Positions 25,792 to 38,523 of a stretch of 64,000 nt of DNA are shown in pieces. Each line of letters starts with the position of its first letter. The stretch's first letter is position 1. Made by a program: the position numbers and the translations under genes. The notes under the pieces are model-generated. The model saw nothing but the letters and a program-made list of their open reading frames with translations. It was not told the DNA's origin and ran no database searches. This DNA comes from Paraspadella gotoi (lineage: Eukaryota > Animalia > Chaetognatha). The stretch is taken from positions 20,482,417 to 20,546,416 of the forward strand of contig CM119270.1 of NCBI GenBank assembly GCA_051294375.1. Reading direction: 5' to 3'.

Positions 25792-26499
25792 GTAAGTGCA
25801 TAGCGGTTTCTTTTGAGTTTGTCGTTTGGATAGTTCTGTCTCAGATCTTTTTTGGAATTTTGACCTTGTTTTGTCACGTATACCATTTTTTGTCAATTTT
25901 AATTTTGTCAATTGGGTCATTTTGTCTTTTTATCTATAGTTTTTTCTTTTTTGTAATTTTGTTTCATATTGAAAATTTTGGAATTTTATCACATTCTGTC
26001 ATTTTGTCACTTTTTTTTTCTTTTATCATTAGCTTATTTGGTTTTATATATATAGTTGTCATAATTTAGCATCATTTCGTCATCATCATATTTTGACATT
26101 CACTTTTTATTTTGTAACGCATAACTTGCCATTTCCGCTTGTGACATTTAACTTCTTTCACTAACTCTGCCCATTTTCTCTCTCACGCGCGAGAAGCTCA
26201 TTTTTCCGCGCTTTAAGTTTTTGTTTAGAACTTTCTTGTTCTTTTTTGTTTTTTTTTTTAAATTATCTTCTTTGAAAAAAAAAATTTCCTTTATGTTTTG
26301 TTTTGTTTTTTTTTATTTTGTTTTTTTATTGTTTTTTTTTGTTTTGCGCTTTCGAAGGTCGGGCGAGAGTTCTTCGCTCTCGCTTCCTCTCGAGCGATAG
26401 AACAAAAACAAAAAAACAACAAAAAAAAACAAAAAAATTCTGATCGTAAACACAAATCCCGACAGCTCTCTTCTCCTCCTCTGATCCTAACTCTTCCTC

Positions 26500-26676
26500 C
26501 CTCTGCTCCTACTCACTGCCCTCCGTCCACCACTCCTCAACGCCACCTCCACCACCCTGGGAAGTCACTCCGACGAGAGTCAAGAAGACATGAAGCGTCT
26601 CGTCTATGAGCAACTGAGGAGGAAGAGGAGCAGAGGGGGAGTGGAGCTCCACTCCGTTTACGATAACATGTTGGAG
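26500..26676 (+). CDS. disp: Dispatched exon (end of ECD1; 5' boundary not resolved)
   Basis: Translates ...SDESQEDMKRLVYEQLRRKRSRGGVELHSVYDNMLE|gttgg and is in phase with the next exon. The nearest AG acceptor (26464-65) is out of frame. Confidence 0.55.
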
Positions 26677-26879
26677 GTTGGGGGATTGGGAGGGGGAGGT
26701 GGGGTGAGGGGAGCGAAATAAAGAGGAGTGGAGAGGAGCGGAATAAAGAGGAGTGGAATAGAGTAGAGTTGTCAAACGATGAGAAGTATCTCTTGTTCGA
26801 AGTCTTTAACTTTTATTACATTCTTTGATTTATATAAAATTGGTACAATCAATATAAAAAATTATCCAGTCATTTAATA

Positions 26880-27075
26880 AATAATGACTTTGGACAGGCT
26901 TTGCTGGTTTAAAGCCTCCATCACTCTTAAAAGATAATGACATAGCAGGTTCCTGCAAGCTTTCACTCAAGACTCTCTTACAGTCTTGTATATTCACTCT
27001 CAGTGTACTTGGCTTCCCTATAAATGAAGTAGTATAATATTTATTTATATTATACTCCGCACTAGCATCAAAATA
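26880..27075 (+). repeat. Dispersed repeat family (other copies about 28930-29150 on + and about 37825-37960 on -)
   Basis: Shared core catagca...caagcttt..tcaagac-loop-gtctyg and a downstream actagyat in all three copies. Confidence 0.6.
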
Positions 27076-27141
27076 CATGAGGAGTCCTCCTAGTTGTCGT
27101 TGTTGTTATCATTGTTGTTGTTGTGTTTCCGCCCCCTACAG

Positions 27142-27267
27142 GTGATTATGTTCAACACGATCGTGGATCGAGATATTCTTCTCTTTGTTCTCGCGGGAAC
27201 TTTTATTTGCGCGGGAATCTGGGCTTACACGCGATCAATCATGATCACTGCCGCGACGCTCATGGAG
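27142..27267 (+). CDS. disp: Dispatched exon (TM2-TM3, start of sterol-sensing domain)
   Basis: tacag|...|gt, 126 nt. Translates VIMFNTIVDRDILLFVLAGTFICAGIWAYTRSIMITAATLME, resembling DISP1 'LFQDYLLMD...VYTKSMFITLMTM'. Confidence 0.92.
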
Positions 27268-27529
27268 GTCTCGTCTGTCTGTCTGTCTGTCCCTCTTTTT
27301 GTCTATCTATATGAGGATTGAGAAGTGTGTGCTTTCAGTCGATCCATTATGATCACCGCCGCCACGCGCATGGAGGCCTTGCTGTCTGTCTATCTGTCAG
27401 TCTGTCTGTCAAAATTTATCAAAATTTATCCTGACGTCTTTTGGTGTATCAGTAAATTTCCATCGATCAACCCATCCATCCATCCCTCCATCCATCGAAT
27501 CCATCCATCCATCCCTTTTTCTCTCCCAG

Positions 27530-27700
27530 GTGGGCCTTACCCTCGTGGTGAGCTTCTTCCTCTACGCCGTCGTGTGCCGCATTCAATTCTTTCCTTACCT
27601 CAACCTCATCATCGTTCCGCTGCTCATCGGAATTTCAGCGGACGACGTCTTCATCTTTGTCGATCTCTGGCAGCAGAACAAAGCGGAGCACAGAGAGAAG
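27530..27700 (+). CDS. disp: Dispatched exon (TM3-TM4, GxxxDD motif)
   Basis: cccag|...|gtaag. Translates VGLTLVVSFFLYAVVCRIQFFPYLNLIIVPLLIGISADDVFIFVDLW, resembling DISP1 'VSYFLYRVVF.FEFFPFMNL...VGIGADDAFVLCDVW'. Confidence 0.95.
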
Positions 27701-28007
27701 GTAAGTTTGCTGGGTGACGAGAGGGCAAGGGAAGTTGGGTGGGAGAGTGGGAAGAAGGTTAGTCTAGCGGGTAATGAGAAGGGTAATTTGGTCACAGCAG
27801 CGGGTTAAAGTAAAAAAGATTCAAACATGGCGAAGAAGGTCAGAGCGTTCAGTCGGAGCATTTGGTAAATTAATTTAAATCCTAACATTGTTTATATTTG
27901 TCTTCCTTTGAAGTTAATGATTTATCGTCATTTTCTATGTGATGGTTAACCTTTTTCCCCTCCTCCCCCCTCTGCTCACTCTCATCACCTCCTCGCTCGT
28001 CTGCCAG

Positions 28008-28690
28008 CCGATGTCGTTCGTGGGTCTGCCAACACCCTCAGCACGCTGCCTCGATCCAAGCACGCTTCGTTCACGATAAGATTCCTTGACGGACCTCATT
28101 TGAGTTTCTATCTTACTTAGCTTTCACGAATCTCTCTAACAGACGACAATCGGTTGCTGTCAAAAAATGCTTCGCCCGGTGCTTCACCATGGACTTTGCA
28201 TCTGCATGGCAAAATTGATAATTCTTTGATTGATGTTGATTGTATTTTATGTCCAGACCAAATCGTTTGCTTAAGGTGGCCCGAAAGCGGTGGAATTGTG
28301 ACTATCTCTTTCTCATTTCTCACTCTACATCATGCTCTGCTCCTCTCGATGAGGAGTCATCATCTCTCTCTTCTCGTGATATTATCATAAAATAATAAAA
28401 TGATTGGCATGACGCTCGTATTATTGTCAACACGGCATGTAAGTATAAATTAACTTAAAATTCAATTAAGCAATATTAGCCTTCATTCTGCATATTCATC
28501 TCATTTGCTTTCGCTCACCACCTCCATGCTTCCTCTCCCACCATCGCTCTCCATACCTCGCTTGCTCGGCGCTCATCAGGAGCAAGTTCGTAGATGTCGC
28601 GGTCTGCGTTTCTACTTAGCTCTTTCCAACGCCAAATGTCTCGAAGTGTGTTGTCAAACGGAGCAGACGACACTGCCTTATAAGGTGATA
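28008..28690 (+). other. disp: Corrupted Dispatched TM5-TM6 coding region (about 28008-28075 and about 28505-28690)
   Basis: Fragments such as 'gcc aac acc ctc (c)ag cac gct gcc' (ANTLQHAA) and 'tcg ctc acc acc tcc' (SLTTS) match the expected 'TLQHAA..FVTSFTT' but need several indels. The sequence looks error-rich. Confidence 0.4.
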
Positions 28691-29191
28691 TGACATAAAG
28701 ATTGTTTGGGTAGACAGTGGGTAAGTTCTGACATGAGAATCAATGAGATTTTGAGGGGTTCAATTTTTTATTCTGATAGGATGAATGATTTTGAATCTTG
28801 GTGATTTTTATAGAATTTATTCCAATTTTAGAAAAAATCGCGAAGATTAAAAAAAAATTATTATTTAAAAAATATGGAATAATGTAAATATTCAAAAAAT
28901 TGGTACAACAATTAAAAAATTATCAATTTATTCAATAACTACTAGGCTTTCTTGCCCCTGATTTTGGCAAGGGTTTGTTGGACATAGCATGACCCCGCAA
29001 GCTTTCAATCAAGACTCTCTCACAGTCTCGTTTATTCATTCAATGAAGTTTTATGTTTCTATGCACTGCTTAAATGGTATAAAAGGAAGATTCTTTTAAT
29101 AATAAAATCGAAGATATACTATATTGTTGCCCGTACTAGTATGTAAATCATAATGAACTGACAGTCACGAACATGATTTCTCGTTTATCAG

Positions 29192-29251
29192 GACATCCGT
29201 TGGGTGAAAGGCTGCATCAACGAGGAGACGGATCAAAATTTATCTTTTCAG
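29192..29251 (+). CDS. disp: Probable short Dispatched exon (cytoplasmic loop)
   Basis: atcag|...CAG|gtaaa, 60 nt, phase 0 to 0. Translates DIRWVKGCINEETDQNLSFQ. Supported by splice signals and position only. Confidence 0.5.
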
Positions 29252-30877
29252 GTAAAAAAAAATGGAATGAGTTGTTATTTGCGTCTGTGGTCGGTGACCA
29301 CGTCAAGCGTTTCCACCTTTCCATTCTCCTCTTTCCACTTTCCTCTTTCCACCTTTCCCCCTTCCACTCTCCTATTTCTACTTCCCCTTTCCACACTCCT
29401 CTTTCCACTTTCCCGTTTCTTCATTTCCAGTTTCCACCTTTCCATTCTCCTCTTTCCATTTTCCACTTTCCACTTTCCAATAAAACACCATTCTCTCTTT
29501 CCTTTCGTTTCCTTTCGATCGAATTTCCTCTGTTGATTTCCTTCGACGACAAAATTTTCTTTCAAACTCGAAAAGAAACGNNNNNNNNNNNNNNNNNNNN
29601 NNNNNNNNNNNNNNNNNNNNNNNNNNNNNNNNNNNNNNNNNNNNNNNNNNNNNNNNNNNNNNNNNNNNNNNNNNNNNNNNNNNNNNNNNNNNNNNNNNNN
29701 NNNNNNNNNNNNNNNNNNNNNNNNNNNNNNNNNNNNNNNNNNNNNNNNNNNNNNNNNNNNNNNNNNNNNNNNNNNNNNNNNNNNNNNNNNNNNNNNNNNN
29801 NNNNNNNNNNNNNNNNNNNNNNNNNNNNNNNNNNNNNNNNNNNNNNNNNNNNNNNNNNNNNNNNNNNNNNNNNNNNNNNNNNNNNNNNNNNNNNNNNNNN
29901 NNNNNNNNNNNNNNNNNNNNNNNNNNNNNNNNNNNNNNNNNNNNNNNNNNNNNNNNNNNNNNNNNNNNNNNNNNNNNNNNNNNNNNNNNNNNNNNNNNNN
30001 NNNNNNNCTCCCCTTCTTCTTCCCCCTTTCCTCCCTTTACCCCCATATTTTTTTCCTCCAACAAGATCATATTTTCTGCCTAAAATCGCAATTTCCTTTT
30101 TTCACTCGGAAATGTCGACCTTCGATTCTCCCTACTTTGTTTTCCTCTTAGATTTTTATTTCCCGCTTCCTAAAATACGAAATGATTATATTTTGTTTAT
30201 TTTACTTTATTATATCATTTTATTAGACATTATTTACGTAAACAATCAGGTTTTCTCTGCTTTTTTATCTTTCCTTTCTCTTATTCCTTTTCTTTTTTGC
30301 CTCCTTTTACTTCCTACCTGTTTTTTCTTCTCTTTCTTTCCTCCTTTTCATTTCCTCCTTTTTCCTTTCTTCTTTTCCCTTTCCTCCTTTTCCTTTTTCT
30401 CCTTTTTCCTTTTTTTCTTTTACTTTCCACCTTTTCATTTCCTCCTTTTCCTTTTCTCATTTTCTTTTCCTTCTTTTGCTTTCCTCCTTTTTTCCTTTTC
30501 TTTCCTCCACTCAATTCTCTTCGCTCAATAGAATCGTTCGATCGAAAATTCGATATTTTCATTCTTCATTCGTTGAGAGTCGATTTCTTTTNNNNNNNNN
30601 NNNNNNNNNNNNNNNNNNNNNNNNNNNNNNNNNNNNNNNNNNNNNNNNNNNNNNNNNNNNNNNNNNNNNNNNNNNNNNNNNNNNNNNNNNNNNNNNNNNN
30701 NNNNNNNNNNNNNNNNNNNNNNNNNNNNNNNNNNNNNNNNNNNNNNNNNNNNNNNNNNNNNNNNNNNNNNNNNNNNNNNNNNNNNNNNNNNNNNNNNNNN
30801 NNNNNNNNNNNNNNNNNNNNNNNNNNNNNNNNNNNNNNNNNNNNNNNNGTTCCTATTATCCTTTTTCTCATTCCCAG

Positions 30878-31051
30878 GAGTTCTACGGGGCCCGCATCCT
30901 CGGCACAGTGGTCATCAAATTCCGCGCCGTGCTCGTTCCCTTCTTTATTCTCTTAACCATCGGATTCAACGTCGCCCTCTTCTGGTGGCCGAGGATGAGT
31001 CTTCCTTCCACGGACCGATTCAAGTATTTCGTCGATGGGCATCCGTTGCAG
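30878..31051 (+). CDS. disp: Dispatched exon (TM7, start of ECD2)
   Basis: Translates EFYGARILGTVVIKFRAVLVPFFILLTIGFNVALFWWPRMSLPSTDRFKYFVDGHPLQ, resembling DISP1 'VIKFRYLW...NPKMKLPS...FQVFRSSHPFE'. Confidence 0.92.
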
Positions 31052-31396
31052 GTCAGTTGCTGAGTTCACAAACCCCTTTATTTTGGCTCCAAGAAGTTAA
31101 CAACCTTCTAAACCTCTAACCCTTTTGTTCTATAGGTTTAAAGTCACTGACTAATATTTAAATTTGTGTATTAATAATTATTTAAAAAAAACTTTTACAA
31201 TCTCTATTCCTTTTGCGCTAAGTAAATGACCACTTTAAAGCATCTAACCCGCTTGCTCTCAAAAGTCGACCCTCCTCAGAGCCTTATGGCCTTTTCCCTT
31301 CAAATAGTGACCACTCACAAACCCTATCACCTTTTTTGCTCTAAAAATTGACATTTTTATTGCACCTAAAAATTGCACCTTGGCCACCTTGTCCAG

Positions 31397-31500
31397 GTCG
31401 GTCGGTCCGACTACACGCAAAACTTTGACGGAGCAGAATTGAACGACGCTCCTCTTCCTCTCTTCCTCGTCTTTGGGATCAAGGCCGTGGATCAGGCAAG
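31397..31500 (+). CDS. disp: Dispatched exon (ECD2)
   Basis: tccag|...|gtgag. Translates VGRSDYTQNFDGAELNDAPLPLFLVFGIKAVDQA, resembling 'MPITVIWGVSPED'. Confidence 0.85.
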
Positions 31501-31854
31501 GTGAGAGAGGAGAATAGAAGATAAGATAAGATAAGAGAAGAGAAGAGAAAAGAGAAGAGAAACTATCTCCCATTCCACCCCCCTCCGTCTCTCTCTCNNN
31601 NNNNNNNNNNNNNNNNNNNNNNNNNNNNNNNNNNNNNNNNNNNNNNNNNNNNNNNNNNNNNNNNNNNNNNNNNNNNNNNNNNNNNNNNNNNNNNNNNNNN
31701 NNNNNNNNNNNNNNNNNNNNNNNNNNNNNNNNNNNNNNNNNNNNNNNNNNNNNNNNNNNNNNNNNNNNNNNNNNNNNNNNNNNNNNNNNNNNNNNNNNNN
31801 NNNNNNNNNNNNNNNNNNNNNNNNNNNNNNNNNNNNNNNNNNNNNNNNNNNNNN

Positions 31855-31894
31855 NCGGCCGAGAGTCAGGAATGGATGCTGCGGTTTTGTCAGG
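31855..31894 (+). CDS. disp: Dispatched exon, 3' part (5' part lies in an N gap)
   Basis: Translates AESQEWMLRFCQ|gtgag, resembling DISP1 'PASQAWILHFCQ'. Confidence 0.85.
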
Positions 31895-32620
31895 GTGAGT
31901 AAAAGGGAATCGGGTGAGGAATAGGGATTGGAGCAAATGAGGGAGCGGCGGCGGGGATAAGTAGCATCTGTAGCATCAGTAGGTCAGGTTTCATTGCCCG
32001 AAACTATCTACAAGCTGANNNNNNNNNNNNNNNNNNNNNNNNNNNNNNNNNNNNNNNNNNNNNNNNNNNNNNNNNNNNNNNNNNNNNNNNNNNNNNNNNN
32101 NNNNNNNNNNNNNNNNNNNNNNNNNNNNNNNNNNNNNNNNNNNNNNNNNNNNNNNNNNNNNNNNNNNNNNNNNNNNNNNNNNNNNNNNNNNNNNNNNNNN
32201 NNNNNNNNNNNNNNNNNNNNNNNNNNNNNNNNNNNNNNNNNNNNNNNNNNNNNNNNNNNNNNNNNNNNNNNNNNNNNNNNNNNNNNNNNNNNNNNNNNNN
32301 NNNNNNNNNNNNNNNNNNNNNNNNNNNNNNNNNNNNNNNNNNNNNNNNNNNNNNNNNNNNNNNNNNNNNNNNNNNNNNNNNNNNNNNNNNNNNNNNNNNN
32401 NNNNNNNNNNNNNNNNNNNNNNNNNNNNNNNNNNNNNNNNNNNNNNNNNNNNNNNNNNNNNNNNNNNNNNNNNNNNNNNNNNNNNNNNNNNNNNNNNNNN
32501 NNNNNNNNNNNNNNNNNNNNNNNNNNNNNNNNNNNNNNNNNNNNNNNNNNNNNNNNNNNNNNNNNNNNNNNNNNNNNNNNNNNNNNNNNNNNNNNNNNNN
32601 NNNNNNNCCCCCCTCTAAAG

Positions 32621-32834
32621 AGCTCCGCCACGCCCACTTTGTCCTCCGCATCCCCGGCCTTCGTCCCCAGTGTCTCCTCGAGACGGTAAAGTCCCGCGCT
32701 GCAGCCGACTGCCCCAATCCCAACGTTCTCAACTTGACGGCGGGCGTCTGCTGCCGACGGAGCGACGCCGCGTTTCCCCTGCCGCCGCGGGATCTTGAGT
32801 TTTGCCTGAGGGAATTCGCGGTGCTGACGAATAG
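32621..32834 (+). CDS. disp: Dispatched exon (Cys-rich part of ECD2)
   Basis: Translates ELRHAHFV...QCLLETVK...DCPNP...VCCRRSDAAFPLPPRDLEFCLRE, resembling DISP1 'LRNQTFF...CFIETFK...DCDEP...PCCS..SFPY....FELCIKR'. Donor is gtgag. Confidence 0.9.
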
Positions 32835-33354
32835 GTGAGTGAGAGCGGGAAGGAGGCTAAGGATAGACGAGGGGTAAGTTATTGAAACAAAGGGGAGATT
32901 ATAAGACATACTTTAACGTAAATTAACCCCAATGATAAAAAATACTTTAATAGTTAAGAAAACCGTGACAAAGTCTCTATTGAAATCTTTAAGGGTTTTC
33001 TTAAGTTAATAATTTGTAAGAGTAATGCAGGAGTGATGTAAGAGTGATCCATCATGACCTGTCACAAGTGGGGAGACAAGGAAATTGTTTTTAGTTGCGC
33101 CGCGAGTATTCGTTGAGCAACTCTTTAAGTCGGTCTGTCGGTCGGTCGGTAGGTATGTCTGTCCGTCGGGCGTTTAATACTTTATATTTAAAAATATTTA
33201 CACACATTTGAATTTCCGTTCATTAGCTAATTTTGATATTGGTTTTAAATATCATTGCTCTTTTCTTCACCGACTATGTTTCTTCGATTCTTTTGTTAAA
33301 TAAATTCAATTATTTGTTTATATATTTTGTTTGTTTTTTTATTTTTTTGTTCAG

Positions 33355-33452
33355 AGACAATCAGTTGGTGTCTGCTGCGACGACTTACCTCGACTTTCCT
33401 CTCTTCGGCAAAGACAAGAATTGTGAAGGACTTCATTGCTGGAAGATTAAGG
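33355..33452 (+). CDS. disp: Dispatched exon (ECD2)
   Basis: ttcag|...|gtgag, in phase with the previous exon. Translates RDNQLVSAATTYLDFPLFGKDKNCEGLHCWKIK. Confidence 0.7.
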
Positions 33453-33672
33453 GTGAGTGCAAATGGGCGGGGCGAAGGAAGGGTGAGACAAATCGAGAGA
33501 AAAACTTCAAGAGCTCTAGATTTTACAGCGAAGCATTTTCGCTAAGTCATTTGGTTATCTTTCGATCTTTATTTATTTCGTTGTTTCTTTCTTTCTTTAC
33601 ATTTTTGTATATTTATTTATTTAATTATATATTTATTTATTTATTTAATTATATATTTATTTATTTATATAT

Positions 33673-33759
<87 letters not shown>

Positions 33760-33921
33760 TTTCATTTAATTTATTTTATTTATTTATTTACTTATTTATT
33801 TTTTTATTTATTTATTTCTCTCTCTAATCTTATAAGTAGGTCTTTCTCAAAAAAAGTATTCTCTCTTTCTCGAGGCGAATTTCTTGTTTATCGCATCAAG
33901 TTTTTTTTAGATCGCGCCATC

Positions 33922-33952
<31 letters not shown>

Positions 33953-34449
33953 ACATCAACGTCATCGTCATTCTCTATCGCCATCATTTATGAGGTTTCT
34001 TTTCTCATCACTTCTGCCTCCTCCTCCTCCTCGTACTCAACTTCGCCTTCATATTTTTGGCTTAGAATCGAAACTCGACAACAATTAATCGAGTCACTAC
34101 GTAACAACGTGAAACGAACTGAGTTTTTTTTTGATTGATCGATTGATAGATTAATTGATTGATATATTGATAGTCGCCTCTATTATCTTAAGCTACAACA
34201 AAAAAATTACGCTAATAGTAATATTACAATTTTATTAAAACAACAATATCGATATGTACGCGACGGGCGCGAACTCTCTCACTCTCACTCTAACTCTCTC
34301 ACTCTCTCTTTCTCTCCTCTCTCGGCGTCACCGCAGAGAGGTCCCAATCTTAATTCCGAGGCCAACGCGAACCCACGAGGCTCCAGTTTTTCTCCTCAAG
34401 AAAATTCCCACTTTTCCTCTTTCATCGCCTACAGTTTCTTTTGCTTTTC

Positions 34450-34751
34450 AGTTGCGCTGCGAGTACTCGCGGAACAACTCTATGAGTCACTTTTCTGTAG
34501 GTCTGTCGGTCGGTCGATCGGTCTGTCCGCCGGTCTGTCCCACTTATGTTAAAAATGCTTATAACTCGCCTAAAAATGCTCGTAACTCCCTTATATTTGG
34601 TTGCTCATTTATTAAGATAGGAAAAAAACCTCAAATCTAAGTGACTGGCGCCGCCTGCAGGAAATCCTAAAACTATAAATAATAAAAGACGGAATTGCGG
34701 TGGAGTGCGTATCTTAGGTACACGGGCTTATAAAGTCACAGCGGCGTAACT
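34450..34751 (+). mobile_element. HINE/DINE-1-like non-autonomous element; partial second copy at about 33093-33170
   Basis: Starts agttgcgctgcgagtactcg..caactctat, followed by a GTCG/GTCT microsatellite. The end gcggcgtaact (34741-51) is an inverted match to the start. The same head occurs at 33093 (agttgcgccgcgagtattcg..caactct..gtcggtc). Confidence 0.55.
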
Positions 34752-35159
34752 TATTGGATTGGATTGGATGCTTTTCTTTCATTTTAACTTCACTTTTTTT
34801 GCTTATCTTTCATTTTCACTTCGATTATTTTTATTTTGATTTTCTTTCATTTTTATCTTGGCTATAGATTTACATTACCTTTGCTATTAATTATGTTTTG
34901 CTTTCGCTTTTGACTTTCATCTTTTTGATTGACTTTTCCTTCTTTTCTGATTAATCTCGTAAATTAGCAAATTTATTAATTTCGAGAATTAGCAAGTTAT
35001 AAATTTATTAATTTTTTAAAAATTTATATTTCGTAAAGCCTTTTTTTTTATCCAAGTCGTTCGGCCAAAACAGGAGGCTCAAGTATTTTGGCCTTATTCT
35101 CGGATGACTGACCTTTCTTGACCTTGAGTCGCAGAGGGTAAGTTCATTCCCTCACCCAC

Positions 35160-35462
35160 CCACTTTTCTCTAGCCCCATCACAATAAACGCTATCTTTTC
35201 TCCAACCCCATCACCATCAACTCCTTCTTTTCTCCAGCCCCATCAACATCAAACTAATCTTTTCTCCAGCCCCATCACCATCAACTCATCATTCCCCATC
35301 ACCATTGACTCCCTCTTTTATCTAACCCCATCACCATCAACCCCTTCTTTTCTCCAGCCCCATCAACATCAAACTAATCTTTTCTCCATCACCATCACCA
35401 TCAACCCATGATTCCCCATCACCATCAACCCCATCTTTTCTCCAGCCCCAGCCCCATCAACC
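35160..35462. repeat. Minisatellite (ttttctccagccccatcaccatcaac-like)
   Basis: About 10 degenerate copies. Confidence 0.85.
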
Positions 35463-36061
35463 ATTCCGCCTCCACGCGGATCATTTTTTCCCTCGGGTTT
35501 CGAGAAGAGGAAAGAAAATTGGAAAAAACTTTCCTGTTATTGCCATAGAATCGTTATAGATGTCGTCGTTGTCGTCGTCGTCGTCTTCATCCTCTTTGTC
35601 GTCGTCGTCGTCTTCGTCGTAATCTTTGTCGTCATCGTCGTCGTCTTCGTCTTCATCCTGTTTGTTGTCGTCTTCGTCGTAATCTTTGTCGTCAACGTCG
35701 TCGTAATTTATATCTTCATCGTCTTTGTCATCGTCTTTGTCATCGTCGTCCTCTTCGTAAGCTTTGTCATCGTTATCTTCATCCTCTTTGTCGTTGTTGT
35801 CTTTGACATCGTTGTAAGCTTTATCGCCGTCGTTGTCGTCGTCGTTGTAATTGCAGTCTTATTCCTCATCCTTGTCATTATCATCATCTTCGTCATTCTC
35901 GCTGTAATCTTTCTCATTGACATCGTGATTAGTCATTGCTGTTGATTTTATCGCTGTGGTCTTCTTAATCTTTATCAGCATCGTCATTATCGTTATTTAT
36001 TGTCGTTGTTGTCGTCGTAATCTTTGTCATTATTCTCATCGTCGTCCTCATAATAATCCTT

Positions 36062-36099
<38 letters not shown>

Positions 36100-36187
36100 A
36101 ATCCTTGTCTTCGACGTATTAAGATTTTCATTTTCGCTTCAGTCGCAAAAATGTCGTCGTTATGAAGTCAATCGTCATTTTCCTGCC

Positions 36188-36224
<37 letters not shown>

Positions 36225-36308
36225 GACGACAACGACGACGACACTAAATTTGGTGCTTTAAGTCAACCGAAAACAGGGCGGCGTCCAAAATGGTGTCGAA
36301 GTCTCGAC

Positions 36309-36348
<40 letters not shown>

Positions 36349-37539
36349 GACGAGAGAGAGAAGAGAGAGAAATGAAGAGAAGAAACACAATAAGAAGAAA
36401 GAATGAAAGAGAAGCAGAGAGAGTAGAGGGAGATAAGAAAAAATTTATTGAGGTACAAACGGATTTTCACCCCTTCCGTGTTAGGACAAAGACCGCAGTT
36501 TCCCTCCCTTATTTTTCTTCTTATTTTTCTTTCACCTCTTTTTCCTTTAATTTTCGGGTTCGATGTGGTTTGTGTCTTCGCCCTTTTGAGGTCAAAGTCG
36601 TCACACGTGACGCGAATCGACGACGCGAGGGTCTCAATAGTCTAAACGGCTTTTAAAATCGACCTATAATCCCTCTCTCTCTCTCTCTCTGCTCTCTCTC
36701 TCTTCTCCTCTCTCTCTCTCATCTCTCGTCTCTCTCTCTCTCTCCTCTCTTCTTCGAAATGGGCCTCGACCCTCGTCGGAGGCCAACATCGATTAGGTTT
36801 CTCTTCGACAAAATCTTTGAATCGTTGCTCATGCGCAACCACCGACACAACAACGCTAAAACGGGGAAACTCGTTATGTACGACACAACAAACGCGCACG
36901 ACGATGAGGATGCGAGATTTGACGACGATGACGACGATGATACGAGGACGACATTAAAGACCTCGGATAATTAAAGTTAATGATTAACAAAGATTAAGCG
37001 GAAAGGGAAGATGATTCCCGCCCATCTTTTGTCTTTCTCCATTCTTTTTTCCTCCCCTTTTATTTCTTTAATCCACTTCCTTGCCTGTTCCCTCCTCCTC
37101 TTGCCTCCTTCCCCTCCCTTTTCATCTTCTTCCCTTCCCTTTCCCTCTCGTTTTCCTATTTCCCTTCCTCCCTCTCTCTCCTATCCCTCTCCCCTTCTCT
37201 CTTACTCTCTCTTCCTTCATCCCCTCCTCCCTTCTCCCCTTCCTCCTCCGTTCCCTTCCCAACTCCTCTCCCTACCCCTCTCTTTCTCTTCCATTTTCAC
37301 TTTTCCCTTTCTCCGCTTCCCTTTCCCTCATGCCCCCTCCCTCCTCTCCCCTTGCGCTCCCCTTTCCTTCCCCCCGTCCCGTTGTTTCCTCTTTCCTCAT
37401 CCTCTCCATTTCTCTGTCCTTCACTTCCGCGTCCTTCTTTTCCCTTATCTCCCCTTCCTATCTCCTCCCTTTCTCCCTCTATTCACCCCCTTCCCTCTTC
37501 CCCCTCTCCCCCCTCGCCTTCCCTCCTCCTTTTTCTCAG

Positions 37540-37680
37540 GCCTACACTGTTCAGCACCCGTCTCAAACAGCGCGTCACGCTTCAGTTCAAACCGATGGAG
37601 ACTTTGTCGACTGTGATGGACGATTGGCTGAAGTCTGTCACTGAAGACTGTCCCTCCTCGCTGTGCAAGAAGGATTTCGG
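37540..37680 (+). CDS. disp: Dispatched exon (end of ECD2)
   Basis: Translates ...RVTLQFKPMETLSTVMDDWLKSVTEDCPSSLCKKDFG|gtgag, resembling '[30 protein letters not shown]'. The 5' phase is off by one relative to the preceding exon, implying an indel or an unseen exon. Confidence 0.8.
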
Positions 37681-38523
37681 GTGAGTGAAGGGTTGTTGGG
37701 TGGGTTTTTGAAGGGTTTTCGGTTACATGAAGTCCCTTTTTGGGCGGTTTTGGATAAGGAAAGGTGAGTTTTTTGAAAGATTGGTAAGTTAGGATATATT
37801 TAGAAAAGTTAAATTAAGTTTACTTATGCTAGTTGTTACACAAGACCGCGAGTTGTCTTGAATAAAAGCTTGAGCGGTTACTGCTATGGAGGGCTTAATC
37901 CAGTGGCCCAGCGTAGTCTGTTAAACTCAGGAGGCAAGATAGGTTATTTCTTGAATAAATAAATTTGGTTGTGAAAACGATAAAAAAAGAATACTTATTA
38001 CATAAAAAAAAAGTCTTCGGCTTGGTTCGGTTATATATATATTAAGGTTCTAGATAATGTTTAGTAGGCATTAGGGTTTGTGTTTAAGAGTGGATGAGGA
38101 TTAAATATTAAGGTTAAAATTAATTTCAGGGATTAAGGAACAAAAACGGGGCGCTCTTGGAATAGAGAGCCCAAAAAGTCTGTTTTCGAGTTTCTCTGTT
38201 CCCCCTTCTATTCTTCAAGCCTCTGTCTCCCCCCCTCCTTGACAGAAGGAAAAAAAAGAGATCGTAAGGGAAAAGAGAATTTTCGAGGGAATTTTCTTCG
38301 TGACGAAAATCGATTTTAAATAACCGCGCCAATTTTTTTTCTTTCTTTCTCTCTATTTGAATTTCCTTCTTTTTTTTCACTCTGGACCGAATTTCGATTT
38401 CGGACGGGACCGTAATTCAAGTCTCTTTCGGATGAGGGATCTGTGTTCAAAATTCTCTTTGGGAGGGTCTGAGTATATACGTAGTCGGGCATTGAAATAT
38501 TTTCGCCCCCAATATTAAGCAAG

